A DNA stretch of 64,000 nucleotides, taken from contig OY740804.1 of the NCBI GenBank assembly GCA_963514005.1, positions 19,592,001-19,656,000 of the forward strand. The letters are read 5' to 3'. A model generated the notes under the pieces. That model searched no databases, had not been told where the DNA came from, and worked only from the letters and a program-made list of their open reading frames with translations. This stretch comes from Raja brachyura. Its lineage: Eukaryota. Shown in pieces: positions 63,556 through 64,000 of this stretch; within the stretch, counting starts at the first letter, position 1, and every line of letters begins with the position of its first letter. The position numbers were made by a program, and so were the translations under genes.

Positions 63556-63559
63556 ATAT

Positions 63560-64000
63560 ATATATTTTTAAATATTTTTATTTATTAGAGGTACAGTAAA
63601 TTAGATCAGTGTACATCCCGTATATATTATTACAATCATTGTACCCCTTAGTTTTTAAGGCTATTAAAAAAAGGAATCGAAACAGAGAAAGTGAGAGAGA
63701 ATTGTGAAAGTGAAGATGCGTGACGAAGGGAAAGAAGAGAGAACCCTTAGTCGAGGAGTTAGAGAAAGGAGATTAAGAGATAGACCCTAGAAAAATAGAG
63801 AGAGAAAGAAGAAAAAAGGAAAAGACAGATACTTTATTATAAACATCATGCAAAAGGAATTTACCAACTCGGCAATTTTGCATCCCCCTTTACCAAGACC
63901 TGACGCCGGTACATTTTTGAGGTACTCTTGCACCCTATCCTTATAGATCTATAAATGCAGGCCACGTCTTATAAAAGCAATCTGATTTTCCTGCCACTTG
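63560..64000 (-). mobile_element. Probable L1 3' UTR; runs off the window end
   Basis: AATAAA and A/T-rich tail on the minus strand; pyrimidine-rich UTR like 3000-3220. Confidence 0.45.

Overview
Repeat-dense vertebrate genomic DNA; the repeat set (CR1, L1, Rex/Babar, Penelope tails, CR1-tailed SINEs) suggests a cartilaginous fish such as a skate or ray, which is inference only. The host gene is a six-exon CD2/SLAM-family Ig-superfamily receptor on the + strand (leader 7560-7611, IgV 15831-16148, IgC2 21469-21753, TM 29601-29780, tail exons 30067-30126 and 31765 onward). An inverted paralog of its 3' half lies at about 44260-46840. Intron 1 holds a young, nearly intact Gypsy element. Intron 3 holds the most striking feature, a non-autonomous Gypsy-type LTR element (21809-26994, minus strand) with LTRs, PBS, PPT and TSD but no pol. 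Its gag stub runs into captured host coding sequence: ASPM IQ repeats, then an intronless TLK2 coiled-coil segment, resembling a gag-onc transducing vector. Also present are Penelope-like insertions with minimal hammerhead ribozyme motifs, non-autonomous Helitron-like elements, a Harbinger-type MITE, a 1.65-kb tandem duplication, a deleted ERV carrying a 25-bp satellite array, and many LINE fragments.
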